DNA from: Desulfobulbus propionicus DSM 2032
GTDB lineage: Bacteria; Desulfobacterota; Desulfobulbia; Desulfobulbales; Desulfobulbaceae
Direction of reading: 5' to 3'
NCBI RefSeq assembly: GCF_000186885.1
Contig: NC_014972.1
Coordinates: 1,560,001 to 1,592,000, forward strand
DNA: 32,000 nucleotides
Shown: piece after piece, positions 19,400-28,765 of the stretch
How positions within the stretch are numbered: the first letter of the stretch is position 1
Layout of the letters: the number at the start of each line of letters is the position of its first letter
Program-made: the position numbers and the translations under genes
The notes under the pieces: model-generated
What the model was told of the DNA's origin: nothing
Seen by the model: only the letters and a program-made list of their open reading frames with translations
The model's database searches: none

Positions 19400-19978
19400 T
19401 TACCGCAACAACACTGAAAAAATCATAGAGTGAAAGTTTTCCAGAGGTTCTGGCCCGGCGACAGCTTTCATGCGGATCAGAGCCCCTTGCCAGGCCGATA
19501 TGATGAATCGAGCCGTGGCATCGGGATCGAGGTGGCTCGGGATAAGCTGTTGTTCATGAGCCAACTCGAGTTGACCGCGCACAAAGGCGATCAGGCGTTC
19601 CAGCGAATCATGCAATTTCTCGCGAAAGGCCGGGTGAATGTCGCCCATTTCCTGGATGAGATTGCCAATGGGGCATCCCTTGATGTAGCCGCTGGCGGCA
19701 AAGTGGTCGTGAAACCAGAGAAAGAACCGTTGCAGCCGATCAACAGGAGAAAGGCTGTCGTCTTTGATGACCGGCCGCAACTGCTCGGCAAATTGCTCGC
19801 GGTAGTGGTCAATGAGGGCCAGGCCGAAATCATCCTTGCTTTTGAAATAAAAATAAAAGGAACCCTTGGGAACGCCGGCGGAGTGTAAAATTTCCTGCAA
19901 GCCCGTAGCGTTGAATCCCTTGTGATGAATGATCTCTCCGCCGCAGGCGAGAATGTGCTCTTTCGTCTTCGAAAACAT
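19400..19978 (-). CDS. TetR-family transcriptional regulator
   Basis: MFSKTKEHILACGGEIIHHKGFNATGLQEILHSAGVPKGSFYFYFKSKDDFGLALIDHY is the classic TetR HTH. Confidence 0.93.
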   Translation of the reverse strand: MFSKTKEHILACGGEIIHHKGFNATGLQEILHSAGVPKGSFYFYFKSKDDFGLALIDHYREQFAEQLRPVIKDDSLSPVDRLQRFFLWFHDHFAASGYIKGCPIGNLIQEMGDIHPAFREKLHDSLERLIAFVRGQLELAHEQQLIPSHLDPDATARFIISAWQGALIRMKAVAGPEPLENFHSMIFSVLLR

Positions 19979-19988
19979 GACTCGATAT

Positions 19989-20003
19989 TAGACCGGTCGT
20001 CTA
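19989..20003. promoter_or_regulatory. Candidate TetR-family autoregulatory operator
   Basis: TAGACCGGTCGTCTA immediately upstream of the TetR start codon. Confidence 0.75.
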
Positions 20004-20267
20004 CTATCTGTCAAGTATTTTACCTTTGGTCGATACAACCCGACGGTCTTCTCGCCGTGCGTGCCCCTCTTGCGCACCGCCGACACCTGCTGTCGTCGGC
20101 CACGTTGTGGCTTTCGCGAGTTTCTGGACGCTCATGAAGGACCCATGCGGTTGCATTGCGTGTGCATCTGTTGCCGTGGTAGACGGCACATTGCCCCCTA
20201 TCCGCATGCCGATGGACGTTGCACACTATTTCCTTGACATTTCCTGGACGATGGTTTCTATCCTCCT

Positions 20268-20430
20268 ACAGTTCAGGTGTTCGCGAGAACGCAAGAGGGA
20301 ACCCCGCGCGAATCGGGGACGGGCCCGCCGCTGTGACCGAGGACGAACGCTGCACCATGTCACTGACCAAGAGGTTGGGAAGACGCAGCCAGTAGGATGA
20401 TCCGGGAGTCAGAAGACCTGCCTGAATGGT
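20268..20430 (+). promoter_or_regulatory. Cobalamin (AdoCbl) riboswitch
   Basis: Ordered conserved blocks: ...GAGGGAACCCCGCGCGAATCGGGGACGGGCCCGCCGCTGTGACCGAGGACGAACGCTGCACCATGTCACTGACCAAGAGGTTGGGAAGACGCAGCCAG...CCGGGAGTCAGAAGACCTGCCTG (B12 box). Confidence 0.93.
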
Positions 20431-20497
20431 TGTTTGGAGACGACTGCGTGGACGGCGTCGTACCCGGTTTGCATTATTTCTGCGGATAAACAGGGCT

Positions 20498-20538
20498 ATC
20501 CCGGATCGAAATCTTGTATTCGATCCGGGATTTTTTTT
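20498..20538 (+). terminator. Intrinsic terminator downstream of the cobalamin riboswitch (probable expression platform)
   Basis: ATCCCGGATCGAA-atcttgta-TTCGATCCGGGAT followed by TTTTTTT. Confidence 0.85.
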
Positions 20539-20993
20539 GTGCGATGCCCAGGAACCGCGGGCCGTGGCCATCCATGCAGAGGACTCCGTCACTCAACTGT
20601 GCGAGGAGCCACCATGCAGACCCGTCATCAGGTTACATTCCCATCCGCTATCGGCCGCCATCGGAGTGGCGCGCCAATGGATGATGCCTTCCGTGCCGCT
20701 CCATCGACGACTCCCCCCTTCGCTTTGCCTCCCGGCCCATCGATCAGCACCATGGACTTGCCCTCTACGGGGACGAGCCATGTTGAACGTTGTTTGCATC
20801 TGTTGCCAATTCGCCGGTCTCTGCTTTCCCACCGACCTCCTCGCCCCGTCGGTGTGCCGCAAATCCCCGCATGCGTTTTGTTGATATTTTACGCCGTTTT
20901 TCCGCCACGAGCGCGAGGACGAAGCTCTTTCTCCCGTATCGATGCGGCCATGCGCGCGTTGGATCACATACGAACCCTTTACAGGAGGTGACA

Positions 20994-22997
20994 ATGAAAT
21001 CGAGGAAAAGCATGAACCCGTCCCACGTGTTGGCGGCCCTGGCCCTGTTGCCGTGGACCACTGACCCGGTACTGGCCAACGAGCAGGAGGTCACGATGTC
21101 CGAGGAACTGCAGATCACCCACGAGGCGGAAGATATCGTGGTCACGGCCGCGCGGACGGAAACCCTGCTCAAGGAAGCCACCAAAAGCATCGACATCGTC
21201 GACAGCGAGGATCGGGAGGAACTCCAGCAATATTTTCTGCCCGAATTGCTGGACAATGAACCCGGTGTCTTTCTCCGCAGTCTCGGCGGCGTGGGGCAAT
21301 GGTCGAACATCAGCATCCGTGGCGCCGGGTCGCAGCATACCCAATACCAGTACAACGGCATGCCCCTGCGTGACGCCGCCGACACCCAAAGCACTCTGCA
21401 GTATTTCATCGAGGATATGTACAGCGGGGCCAGCCTCGACCGGGTGGAGATCCTCAAGGGAACCAACAGCACCCTCTACGGCTCCCAGGCCATGGGCGGG
21501 GTGATCAACATCATTCCCAAGAAGTGGCAATCCGGACCAACGGCGGAGTGGCGCAACGAGTTTGGACCCAACAACACCGCGATCACCAACGCCCGGGCGG
21601 CCTATGGACAAGAAAAATTCTATGTCGATGTCAACCCGCTGTACGTCACCACCGATGGAGCAAACAACGATGGCCCCCACGGCTACTGGTACGACAACAC
21701 CGGCGCCACCTTTGGCGCGGGCGTCAAACCGACCGACAGAACCGCGCTGGAATTCAGCGCCCTGTTCACGGATTCCGACGTGGCCCTTGGCAGTTCACCT
21801 TCGCTGGGTGCCGATGGCAGCCTGGTCAAGAACCAGGCCTATGCGGACCAGCATCGCGAAGGGCAATTCTATCAATTGGGACTGAATTGGACGCAGGCGA
21901 TCTCCTCGCTGTGGGATTACTCGCTCAAGGGGTCTCAAGGCACCACCGAGCGTCATTACTTCTGGTCTGCCACCAACGGCGATCAATCCAAGTATGAGGG
22001 GGAAACCAGTTATTTGGAACTGCAACACAATCTGCATGTGAATCAGTGGCTGACCTTCAACCTGGGCGCCGATTACGAGCAATCGGAGTACGACGGCCAG
22101 GAGCCTAAAAACCCATATGCCGGCGACTACACTCCGGTCCGTTTCGAAGAGTCATGGGGCAGCAAGGATGCCTTTGGCCAGGCCCAGTTGGCCCTGCTGG
22201 ACCGTAGCCTGTTCCTCAACCTGGGCGGCCGCTACAACGATCATGAAGCATTCGACGGTGAGGCGGTGTGGGAAACCTCGGCCGCCTATTTGTTCAAGAA
22301 TACCGGAACCAAGGTGCATGCCCATGTGGGCACTGGTTATCGCACCCCCGGATTATACGAAATTTATGGTGGCTATCTGTATAACGGCAACCTGGTCACC
22401 GTCGGCAACCCGGACCTGCAGCCGGAAAAAAGCACAAGCTACGAGATGGGCGTCGACCAAAGCCTGGCAGGCGGCAAGGTGCAGGTCGGCGTGACCTATT
22501 TTGAAACTCGGTTCGATGACATGATCATTTTCGACAATACAGCCATGCGCTACGAAAACGCCAAGGAGGGAGAGAGTTCGGGCGTTGAAACCTCTATCCG
22601 GTTGCATCCCTGGAAGCTGGTCCGCTTTGATCTGGCCTACACCTACATCGACTCCCGCTCCAAGGCCGACCAAGATGCCGATTGGAGCCGCAATACGTAT
22701 CTGCCCAGGAACAAGGTCGATTTCATCGTCACTTTCTATCCCATGGACAAGCTGACCATGGCCGTGGACGTCAACTGGCAGGATGAAAAGATCGTCCCAC
22801 TGTATGACGCCGGCTGGAACAGTGTCCGATGGGAGGAGGACGGCGTGACCACCGTCAATCTGTCCACCACCTACAAGGCCCTGCAAAACATGGAACTATT
22901 CGCCCGGGTCGACAACCTGTTCGACAAGGCGTACACGGAATCCGGGTACTGCATGCCGGGAATTTCCGTGTATGGCGGCTTGAAGGTGCATTTTTAG
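20994..22997 (+). CDS. TonB-dependent outer-membrane receptor, probably corrinoid uptake (BtuB-type)
   Basis: RBS AGGAGG upstream of ATG 20994; EDIVVTAART TonB box; plug domain VFLRSLGGVGQWSNISIRGAGSQHTQYQYNGMPLRD...RVEILKGTNSTLYGSQAMGGVINIIPKK; C-terminal beta-strand GISVYGGLKVHF. A cobalamin riboswitch lies upstream. Confidence 0.9.
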   Translation: MKSRKSMNPSHVLAALALLPWTTDPVLANEQEVTMSEELQITHEAEDIVVTAARTETLLKEATKSIDIVDSEDREELQQYFLPELLDNEPGVFLRSLGGVGQWSNISIRGAGSQHTQYQYNGMPLRDAADTQSTLQYFIEDMYSGASLDRVEILKGTNSTLYGSQAMGGVINIIPKKWQSGPTAEWRNEFGPNNTAITNARAAYGQEKFYVDVNPLYVTTDGANNDGPHGYWYDNTGATFGAGVKPTDRTALEFSALFTDSDVALGSSPSLGADGSLVKNQAYADQHREGQFYQLGLNWTQAISSLWDYSLKGSQGTTERHYFWSATNGDQSKYEGETSYLELQHNLHVNQWLTFNLGADYEQSEYDGQEPKNPYAGDYTPVRFEESWGSKDAFGQAQLALLDRSLFLNLGGRYNDHEAFDGEAVWETSAAYLFKNTGTKVHAHVGTGYRTPGLYEIYGGYLYNGNLVTVGNPDLQPEKSTSYEMGVDQSLAGGKVQVGVTYFETRFDDMIIFDNTAMRYENAKEGESSGVETSIRLHPWKLVRFDLAYTYIDSRSKADQDADWSRNTYLPRNKVDFIVTFYPMDKLTMAVDVNWQDEKIVPLYDAGWNSVRWEEDGVTTVNLSTTYKALQNMELFARVDNLFDKAYTESGYCMPGISVYGGLKVHF

Positions 22998-23731
22998 GGT
23001 CACCGCACAACCGGCGGCCGGCTTTGACATGGTCCAGAGCGGGACCGTGGCCGTGGCAGTGGTGCGCGGAGCGAGAGCACGGTCCGCTCCATGGTCGATT
23101 TTTCTTGCTGTTGCTGCTTGTAGGAGCGACGAACTGCGAGGGATGAAGAAGGGCTTCATGGAGTTGGCCGATACCCAGGTGACCAGCAATGCCGACGGCA
23201 AAAACAAGATCGTGGTCGAGGCCGGCCGGGCCAAAGGCGAACACGCCCTGCATTGCCTGCAACGCTCCACCCAGAATGCGTCCCGCATGCCTGCATCCTT
23301 TCGGGCCTGACCAACGGGGGACCAACCAGATCTGGAAAGTGATCGGCAGGTTCCGTCAGAGAACGATCAGATCCGGAATGATCGGGTGGTACCCTGCCGG
23401 GCAGCGTGACAGCTGCTCAGTGTATTTGAATGGAAACAGTCCGCGAATGGTTGGGTATTCGCGCCATCTGCCCCGGTTGCTTTTCCGCGCCTTGGAATTG
23501 TTTCCGGTTGCCATGTCATTCCGGCCGTTCCGTTTGCCGGCGGAACGTCACCTCAATTGTCCGACCGGAAAAGCGACCTGGGGCACATGCCGTTGGCTCA
23601 TCTTGAACAATTTTTCCGCCAAGCGGCAACAAGGAGAGGAGGCAACTGGCTGCGCTTGTATCTGCCCCAGGAGATTCAATTTTGACAAACCTGGATCGGC
23701 TGCATGGCTTTCCGTCATCTGTTGCAAGTCG

Positions 23732-25441
23732 TTATGCATTGGCTTCCATATAGGGTCCGAGAATCATGTTCGAGTATCCTTGCCCAGCCGGTATCCGTGG
23801 ATACAGCATTTCGTCTTTGTCGCAGAGAACTTCCAAAAAACAAGGCCCTTCGGCATGCAAAAATGCCTTCAGTCCCTCTTCAAGGTCGCGTCTGTCATCA
23901 ATGCGCCTGGAGAAGGCAAAGGACAGGTCCTTGGCCAGAGTTGCAAAGTTGACAGTATTGACCTTCCTGGTCGCCACATAATTGCCCTCATAAACAAATT
24001 TCTGATAGTTCCTGACCATGCATTCGCCATGGTTATTCAGCAAAAGCACCTTTATGGGCAAACCGTACCGGCCGATGGTAAACAGCTCGCCCAGATTCAT
24101 CAGCAGGCTGCCATCGCCGTCGATGGCCAGGATCATGGCGCTGGGATTGGCATAATAGGTGCCAATCGCGTTGGGCAAGGCAAAGCCCATGGTTCCAAAC
24201 CCACCTGAAGTAATGAAGGATTTTGGAGATTTCGTCGCCAGATATTGGGCGGCAAGCATCTGGTGATTTCCGACCCCGGTGGTTATTTTCATGTTTTCCG
24301 TGATGTGGGTCGAGAGGCGTTCCATCACCTCGGCTTGCTGAATCGCCTGGGCATTTCTGTTGAAATTCAGCGGAAATTTCCTTTTTAACTGACGTCCGTA
24401 TTCCTGCCATTCACCGATATTCAACTCAATGGCGTGTTTTTCTGCATAGTTGAGCAAGTCATCAAGGGCTGTTTCGGCCCGGCCAATGAAAGTGAATTGT
24501 GGTTTTCGCGAAAATCGAACCTCCTGAACCTTCTCGGGATTGACATCAAAATAGGCGATATCGGCTTCGAGACCGAGCTCTCCCACCTTCTGGGAAACAC
24601 GGTCATCCCAGCGGACACCGAAGGCAACAAAAAGATCCGTTTTTTGAATGGCCATGTTGGCGGCAGGAACGCCAAACATGCCCAGCATGCCGAGGGCGAA
24701 GTCATCTTTTTCATTGAGGATGCCTTTGCCCATCAGGCTCCAGATCGACGGCACCTTATAGCGGTGGTTGAACGTTCTGATCCGCTCACTTCCCGCCTTT
24801 GAATTCAACCCGCCGCCGATGTACAGGAGGGGACGTTTCGCACTCTGCAGAAGCTGAAAAAACTGGCTGCATTGATTTTCCCCTAGATGCCGCTCTTCGT
24901 CATATTTATAGCGAAATCGTTCAACAGCGATGGCCTGGTAGACCCCTTCACGATTTTGAATATCAAATGGAAAATCAATGACCACCGGACCCGGCTTGCC
25001 CGACTTGGCGAAGAAATAGGCGTCTTTGACGATTTCTTCTATATTGTGCAGTTCATTGATTACAATTACCTTTTTCGCCGCTCCCGAAAAAATTTTTTCA
25101 ACATTTATATGCTGAAACTCATCGGTACCCATTTTCATTCGGGCGACTTGTCCGGCAAAAACCAACAAGGGTATCGAATCAGCATTCGCGTCAGCCACCG
25201 CGGTCAGGGTATTCGTAATGGCCGGACCCGACGTGACCACCGTGATACCAATACCGTCACCGGATCGGGAATATCCTCCGGCAGCAAAGGCGCATGACTG
25301 CTCATTCGAGCAAACCACGATCTCTATCCCGCACGCATCCAGCGCATGAATAACGGGCATTATCGTGACACCTGAAAATCCAAAAACTCTTCGCACGCCC
25401 AAATCGACGAGGCTTTTGGCCAATATTTCCGCATTATTCAT
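23732..25441 (-). CDS. Thiamine-pyrophosphate-dependent enzyme, acetolactate-synthase large-subunit-like
   Basis: MNNAEILAKSLVDLGVRRVFGFSGVTIMPVIHAL...CSNEQSCAFAAGGYSR...VTSGPAITNTLTAVADANADSIPLLVFAGQV; TPP-binding IDGDGSLLMNLGELFTIGRYGLPIKVLLLNNHG. Confidence 0.85.
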   Translation of the reverse strand: MNNAEILAKSLVDLGVRRVFGFSGVTIMPVIHALDACGIEIVVCSNEQSCAFAAGGYSRSGDGIGITVVTSGPAITNTLTAVADANADSIPLLVFAGQVARMKMGTDEFQHINVEKIFSGAAKKVIVINELHNIEEIVKDAYFFAKSGKPGPVVIDFPFDIQNREGVYQAIAVERFRYKYDEERHLGENQCSQFFQLLQSAKRPLLYIGGGLNSKAGSERIRTFNHRYKVPSIWSLMGKGILNEKDDFALGMLGMFGVPAANMAIQKTDLFVAFGVRWDDRVSQKVGELGLEADIAYFDVNPEKVQEVRFSRKPQFTFIGRAETALDDLLNYAEKHAIELNIGEWQEYGRQLKRKFPLNFNRNAQAIQQAEVMERLSTHITENMKITTGVGNHQMLAAQYLATKSPKSFITSGGFGTMGFALPNAIGTYYANPSAMILAIDGDGSLLMNLGELFTIGRYGLPIKVLLLNNHGECMVRNYQKFVYEGNYVATRKVNTVNFATLAKDLSFAFSRRIDDRRDLEEGLKAFLHAEGPCFLEVLCDKDEMLYPRIPAGQGYSNMILGPYMEANA

Positions 25442-25704
25442 GATGATTCCGTGAATGATTTCCAACCGTTGAGAAAAAAACCATATTGGCTGGCAGTTCC
25501 AGTAGGAAATACTCAGAACTTTGCCCGCCAGGAAGACCGACTCTTCCACAACCAGCCCATACTTTTCTTCATTCGCTGGTCGAGGTCAAGGTGTTTCCAT
25601 TCTACCACAGCATGAACGTTGCAACAGGATGCAGTACGTGCGTTAGGCGCCTCAAGAGTGGTTCTCGAGGGCTTGGTGGTTTCGGTAGCGCGAGTACGCC
25701 CTGT

Positions 25705-27444
25705 TCATGCACTGGCAAGCGCTACAATCGCCCGGCTGTACTCGGTTTGCAGGGAGTGGAGATACTGCGGATCAACAGGACCTTTCCAGGTGGTGAGTTC
25801 ACGGAACCGCTGAGGGATGGTTATCGATTCTGGACGGAAGCCGCAGGCAAAACGGGTTTGCCAGCGAATCTTTTGAATGTTCCGGCCGCATTCGGGGATG
25901 GTGGCGGCCAGTTTTTCATACCCGAGCGATTGCAAGCAATCTGCCAGGAGGGCATCGGTATAGACATTGCGGGCAAACAGACAGGCCACTGTGGAGGTCA
26001 GGAAGGCACGTGATGCCTCGTCTCGGACAAGAAAGTCGACGGCGGCGTGGACATCCTGGCGGGCGTGCTGTTGGTCGTACGAATACCCGCCGCTGTCCAG
26101 ATGGGAATGGCGGAATCCAAGCGCCTGTGCGGCAAAAAATACCTCGCCGGTGGCATAGCCTGCCATTTCCTGGCCGAGCACGCAGGCAAAATCCTGCCCG
26201 CCATACACTTCGGTTGCCTTGAGGGTGCCTTGGCCGAGAAGCCGGTAGAAGGCATTGACTCCATTGCCAAAAAAATGGGCTGCCTGCTGATAGCGTGCGA
26301 CATCACCGAAAGTCAACGGCACCAATGTCTCTTGAGCGGATAATAAACCCTTTTCCGTGGCCTCAGTCGCCCAGGCAAGGGCAACCCCGGCTGACATGGC
26401 GTCCATTCCAGCCTTTTCGAATAGGTCAAGGAGCGTGAGTATTCCGGACCTGTCTGCCACGCCCAACATGGTGCCCAGTGAAAAGATTGTTTCATAGTCA
26501 TAGCCAACCTGCCGGTACAGGTATCTGTGGCTGTCCATGAATTTTTCCCGGACAAACCCAACATGGATACACCCCACAGGGCACCCCGAGCAGGCTGAGT
26601 TGCGCAACAGGGCCTCATCGGCGAACCGTTCGCCGGAGATGCGGTTCACTGCTTCGTCGGCCGTTGCCTGCAGGTTGCGCCAGGGCAGGGCTTGTAGGTC
26701 GTTGAGTGTCTTGAGATTCGCCGGGGTGCCGAGGTCGTGGTATTTTTTCATCATCCCGCTATCTGTCACTTTGCGGTGCACTTCTCCAAACAGTTTGGAA
26801 TAGCGGCTATCTTCAGGCAACGGCAAGATGGCATCGCCGTGGAGGATAATGGCCTTGAGGTTTTTCACCCCCATTGCCGCGCCACCGCCCAATCGTCCAA
26901 AATGGCGATAGGTGTCAATATTGATGCCCGCAATGGCCGCACCGTGTTCTCCCGCCGGGCCGATGCGGAGGATGGAGCGGTGCCCGGAACCTTTGCTCAT
27001 GCGCCGCAGGATTTTGCCTGTTTCGTGTACGTCCTGCCCCCAGAGGAAACCGCACTCCCTGACGTGGACATGGGTGCTGCTCACTTCCAGAAAACACGGA
27101 CCTGGCGATCGGCCAATAAGGACCAAGGCCTCAAGGCCAGTCAGACGAAGCGCCATGGCACTGCGGCCGCCGCCGTGGCTTTCGGTGTATTGATTGTGGT
27201 AGGGAGACTTGAAGGCGCAAATCGTCTTGCTCATCAAAGGAAAATAACCAGAGAGCGGGCCGATGGCAAAAATGAGCGGCTGCCCAGGAGAATCCCAGGC
27301 TGCATCAGGCTGCCCGTATCGAGAAAAAAGCAGGGCGGCCAGACCGCTGCCGCCGACGGCTTGATCGCGGCCTTCCACTTGAATACGTTGTCCTCTTCCG
27401 GTCGTTAGGTCGAAGAGCAAGACATGGAAACAATCCGTGTTCAT
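25705..27444 (-). CDS. Aldehyde:ferredoxin oxidoreductase (AOR) family tungsten enzyme
   Basis: AOR domain order: ...GPLSG.FP.MSKTICAFKSPYHNQYTESHGGGRSAMALRLTG, LRIGPAGEHGAAIAGINIDTYRHFGRLGGGAAMGVKNLKAIILHG, CSGCPVGC cluster ligands, and VACLFARNVYT as the fourth Cys region. Confidence 0.87.
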   Translation of the reverse strand: MNTDCFHVLLFDLTTGRGQRIQVEGRDQAVGGSGLAALLFSRYGQPDAAWDSPGQPLIFAIGPLSGYFPLMSKTICAFKSPYHNQYTESHGGGRSAMALRLTGLEALVLIGRSPGPCFLEVSSTHVHVRECGFLWGQDVHETGKILRRMSKGSGHRSILRIGPAGEHGAAIAGINIDTYRHFGRLGGGAAMGVKNLKAIILHGDAILPLPEDSRYSKLFGEVHRKVTDSGMMKKYHDLGTPANLKTLNDLQALPWRNLQATADEAVNRISGERFADEALLRNSACSGCPVGCIHVGFVREKFMDSHRYLYRQVGYDYETIFSLGTMLGVADRSGILTLLDLFEKAGMDAMSAGVALAWATEATEKGLLSAQETLVPLTFGDVARYQQAAHFFGNGVNAFYRLLGQGTLKATEVYGGQDFACVLGQEMAGYATGEVFFAAQALGFRHSHLDSGGYSYDQQHARQDVHAAVDFLVRDEASRAFLTSTVACLFARNVYTDALLADCLQSLGYEKLAATIPECGRNIQKIRWQTRFACGFRPESITIPQRFRELTTWKGPVDPQYLHSLQTEYSRAIVALASA

Positions 27445-27887
27445 GAGGCAGACACCGTTGCATTTCTGGACGGATCAGGCCGAACCTCGTTCCTCTCGGC
27501 CAGTTCCAGGCAGTCATGCGGGCAGAAGGGGACACAGAGACCACAGTGTACGCAGAGGAAGGGTTCTCCCTCCGGGTCGAGGAAAATGGCATCGACCGGA
27601 CAGGCGGGCGCGCAGGCTCCGCAGCGATTACACAGTTTTTTCTTGACCACTACCCCGCCATCCTTGCGCGGCACCAAGGCGCCGGTCGGACAGACGTTGG
27701 CGCAAGGAGGGGACGTACAGGCCAGACAATGAACGGCTGTGAATCCGGTGGTTAGGCCTCCGGAAGAATGGATGCGAATCCCCGCAGTATCCCAGGACAG
27801 GCGATGGTGCAACAAGCGGGCACAGGCGAGGGAACAAGAGTGACAGCCAATACATCGATCCATCCGTGGAGTGAGCAAAATTTTCAT
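27441..27887 (-). CDS. 4Fe-4S ferredoxin-type electron-transfer partner of the AOR-family enzyme
   Basis: Four Cys clusters (CIGCHSCSLAC, CLACTSPPCANVCP, CNRCGACAPACP, CVHCGLCVPFCP). Stop overlaps the AOR start codon. Confidence 0.87.
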   Translation of the reverse strand: MKILLTPRMDRCIGCHSCSLACARLLHHRLSWDTAGIRIHSSGGLTTGFTAVHCLACTSPPCANVCPTGALVPRKDGGVVVKKKLCNRCGACAPACPVDAIFLDPEGEPFLCVHCGLCVPFCPHDCLELAERNEVRPDPSRNATVSAS

Positions 27888-28368
27888 AGCATTCCTTGCC
27901 TGTTAATGATCTCCATGCCTTGGTTTCGATCAGGATTCCTTGCGAAAGGCCTCGCCGGCAACCTGGCAAAATACGGCATGTTGATTGGCGATACCTGCCT
28001 TGTCCAGCTGCGCCTTCATGCCAAGGAGGCGTTGATTCAGCAAGGGTTCTGGTCGGCGGACAGCTGTTCATCGCAGGAGGACATCCCAATGTCTGCCGCG
28101 GACGTAGACATCACCGGCGACATCGTCGGCTATCCCTCAGATGAAATTGACGATGGTGGCCCGGGTGATGTGGTTCTTGATTCGGCATCCTCTGGTCTTG
28201 CCGGTGCGTTTGCCTCATTTGCCTGGTCGGGGCGGCAACTTCCTGTTATACAGGCTTCCTTGTTTGTTTCAAGCCGGTTGCGCGTAGAGCGCGGCAACAT
28301 GTTTTTTTCAATGATACACAGGCATCGGACCCTTCGATTGTGTCTAATTGCCCCAGTAAACCAACGCA

Positions 28369-28764
28369 ATGAAAAAAAAGAACATTTTGAAGTTCCCCAC
28401 ACAAAACGACAGCTTTCCCTTTTTCAAGGAGATCCTTGAAAATGGCTACCACGTTTTCAGCATGGAAAACGCCAAAGTGCCGGATTATTACCCCAGCAAA
28501 TTTCCCGATTATCCTGGAGTCGATGTTCAGCATCTCCATATTGGCGATGTGATCACCATTCGAGTCTTTTTCCGTATCGGTTCCAGCCAGCATGTCCGCG
28601 CCGATGGCGGCTACCTGGATTTGGAGGTGGAGCACATCGAGGGTGAAACGGTGTTTGGAGTCATTCTGACCCGATTGCCCAAGGAGTTGCCGTTGCAGGC
28701 TGGAGATTCCTTGGAAATCTATCCTGACGAAATATTATATAAATCCCAAATGACGGAGCATTGA
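28369..28764 (+). CDS. Hypothetical protein
   Basis: 131-aa ORF with regular composition (MKKKNILKFPTQNDSFPFFKEILENGYHVFSMENAKVPDYYPSKFPDYPGVDVQHLHIGDVITIRVFFRIG...). Adjacent to the next small ORF on the same strand. Confidence 0.6.
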   Translation: MKKKNILKFPTQNDSFPFFKEILENGYHVFSMENAKVPDYYPSKFPDYPGVDVQHLHIGDVITIRVFFRIGSSQHVRADGGYLDLEVEHIEGETVFGVILTRLPKELPLQAGDSLEIYPDEILYKSQMTEH

Positions 28765-28765
28765 C

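Noticed and set aside
20026-20400. 124-aa ORF running into the cobalamin riboswitch
   Set aside because: It overlaps the highly conserved aptamer and has an atypical composition. A short Cys-containing start (MKDPCGCIACASVAVVDG) was considered but is unsupported.
23189-24208. 339-aa plus-strand ORF near the TPP gene
   Set aside because: About half is antisense to the TPP enzyme's conserved C-terminal region. The rest (GPDQRGTNQIWKVIGRFRQRTIRSG...) resembles no protein, so it is kept only as part of an unexplained interval.
25486-26013. 175-aa plus-strand ORF over the AOR 3' end
   Set aside because: Antisense to the AOR gene and the spacer, with no supporting motif or RBS.
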